From: an uncultured Alphaproteobacteria bacterium
GTDB taxonomy: Bacteria > Pseudomonadota > Alphaproteobacteria > Rs-D84
DNA length: 64,000 nt
Direction of reading: 5' to 3'
NCBI GenBank assembly: GCA_905233975.1
Contig: CAJOGD010000005.1
Span: 10,362-74,361 of the forward strand
Under the pieces are notes generated by a model. The model did not search any database, had not been told where the DNA came from, and saw nothing but the letters and a program-made list of their open reading frames with translations. The translations under genes were made by a program, and so were the position numbers. Positions 63,840-64,000 of this stretch are shown one piece after another (position 1 is the first letter of the stretch; each line of letters begins with the position of its first letter).

Positions 63840-64000
63840 CTACCGTCCTTGACTTAAATTCCCGTACCTCTTATTGGCCACATCCAGTGTGATAGTACCC
63901 ATATATGCTTGCTTAATCTTATCCAGATCTTCTTTACTGAGACCTTTCAACGTACCAGTTATTGCATTAACTACATCCGCAATCCATTCTTCGTCATCCA
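63840..64000 (-). CDS. 3' end of a hypothetical protein running off the window
   Basis: Open frame DDEEWIADVVNAITGTLKGLSKEDLDKIKQAYMGTITLDVANKRYGNLSQGR*, hairpin downstream. Confidence 0.55.
   Translation of the reverse strand, partial: DDEEWIADVVNAITGTLKGLSKEDLDKIKQAYMGTITLDVANKRYGNLSQGR

Overview
Chromosomal window of a small-genome alphaproteobacterium. The assignment is inferred from the permuted two-piece tmRNA and the alpha-type RNase E, FabI and RpsU; the gene content resembles host-associated Rs-D84/Enterousia-like genomes. Housekeeping genes (obgE, ssrA, tsaB, rimI, mlaEFD/pqiC-like, rne, PBP1A, ligA, fabI, rpsU, lemA, lysS, rnj, hup, alaS, three tRNAs) are interleaved with lineage-specific secreted proteins. 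Highlights: (1) three paralogous secreted fibre/adhesin-like genes with a near-constant N-terminus, a swapped lectin-like head and an identical YIPQNQ end, each behind a promoter and a ~190-215 nt structured leader whose pairing boxes covary between copies, plus a fourth headless relative; (2) a Lon ATPase with no protease domain that ends in a ClpX-like IGF motif; (3) a ~9.9 kb AT-rich island in tRNA-Gly with a tyrosine integrase, an HUH Rep, HEPN and PD-(D/E)XK-like genes and an ABC-ATPase plus nuclease-like pair bracketed by 63-bp direct repeats; (4) a divergent RelA/SpoT-like protein coupled to lysS; (5) a GH24-lysozyme-like/TPR protein; (6) a 2885-aa Cys-rich surface protein; (7) two families of intergenic repeats. 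All domain calls come from motif reading by eye; no searches were run.
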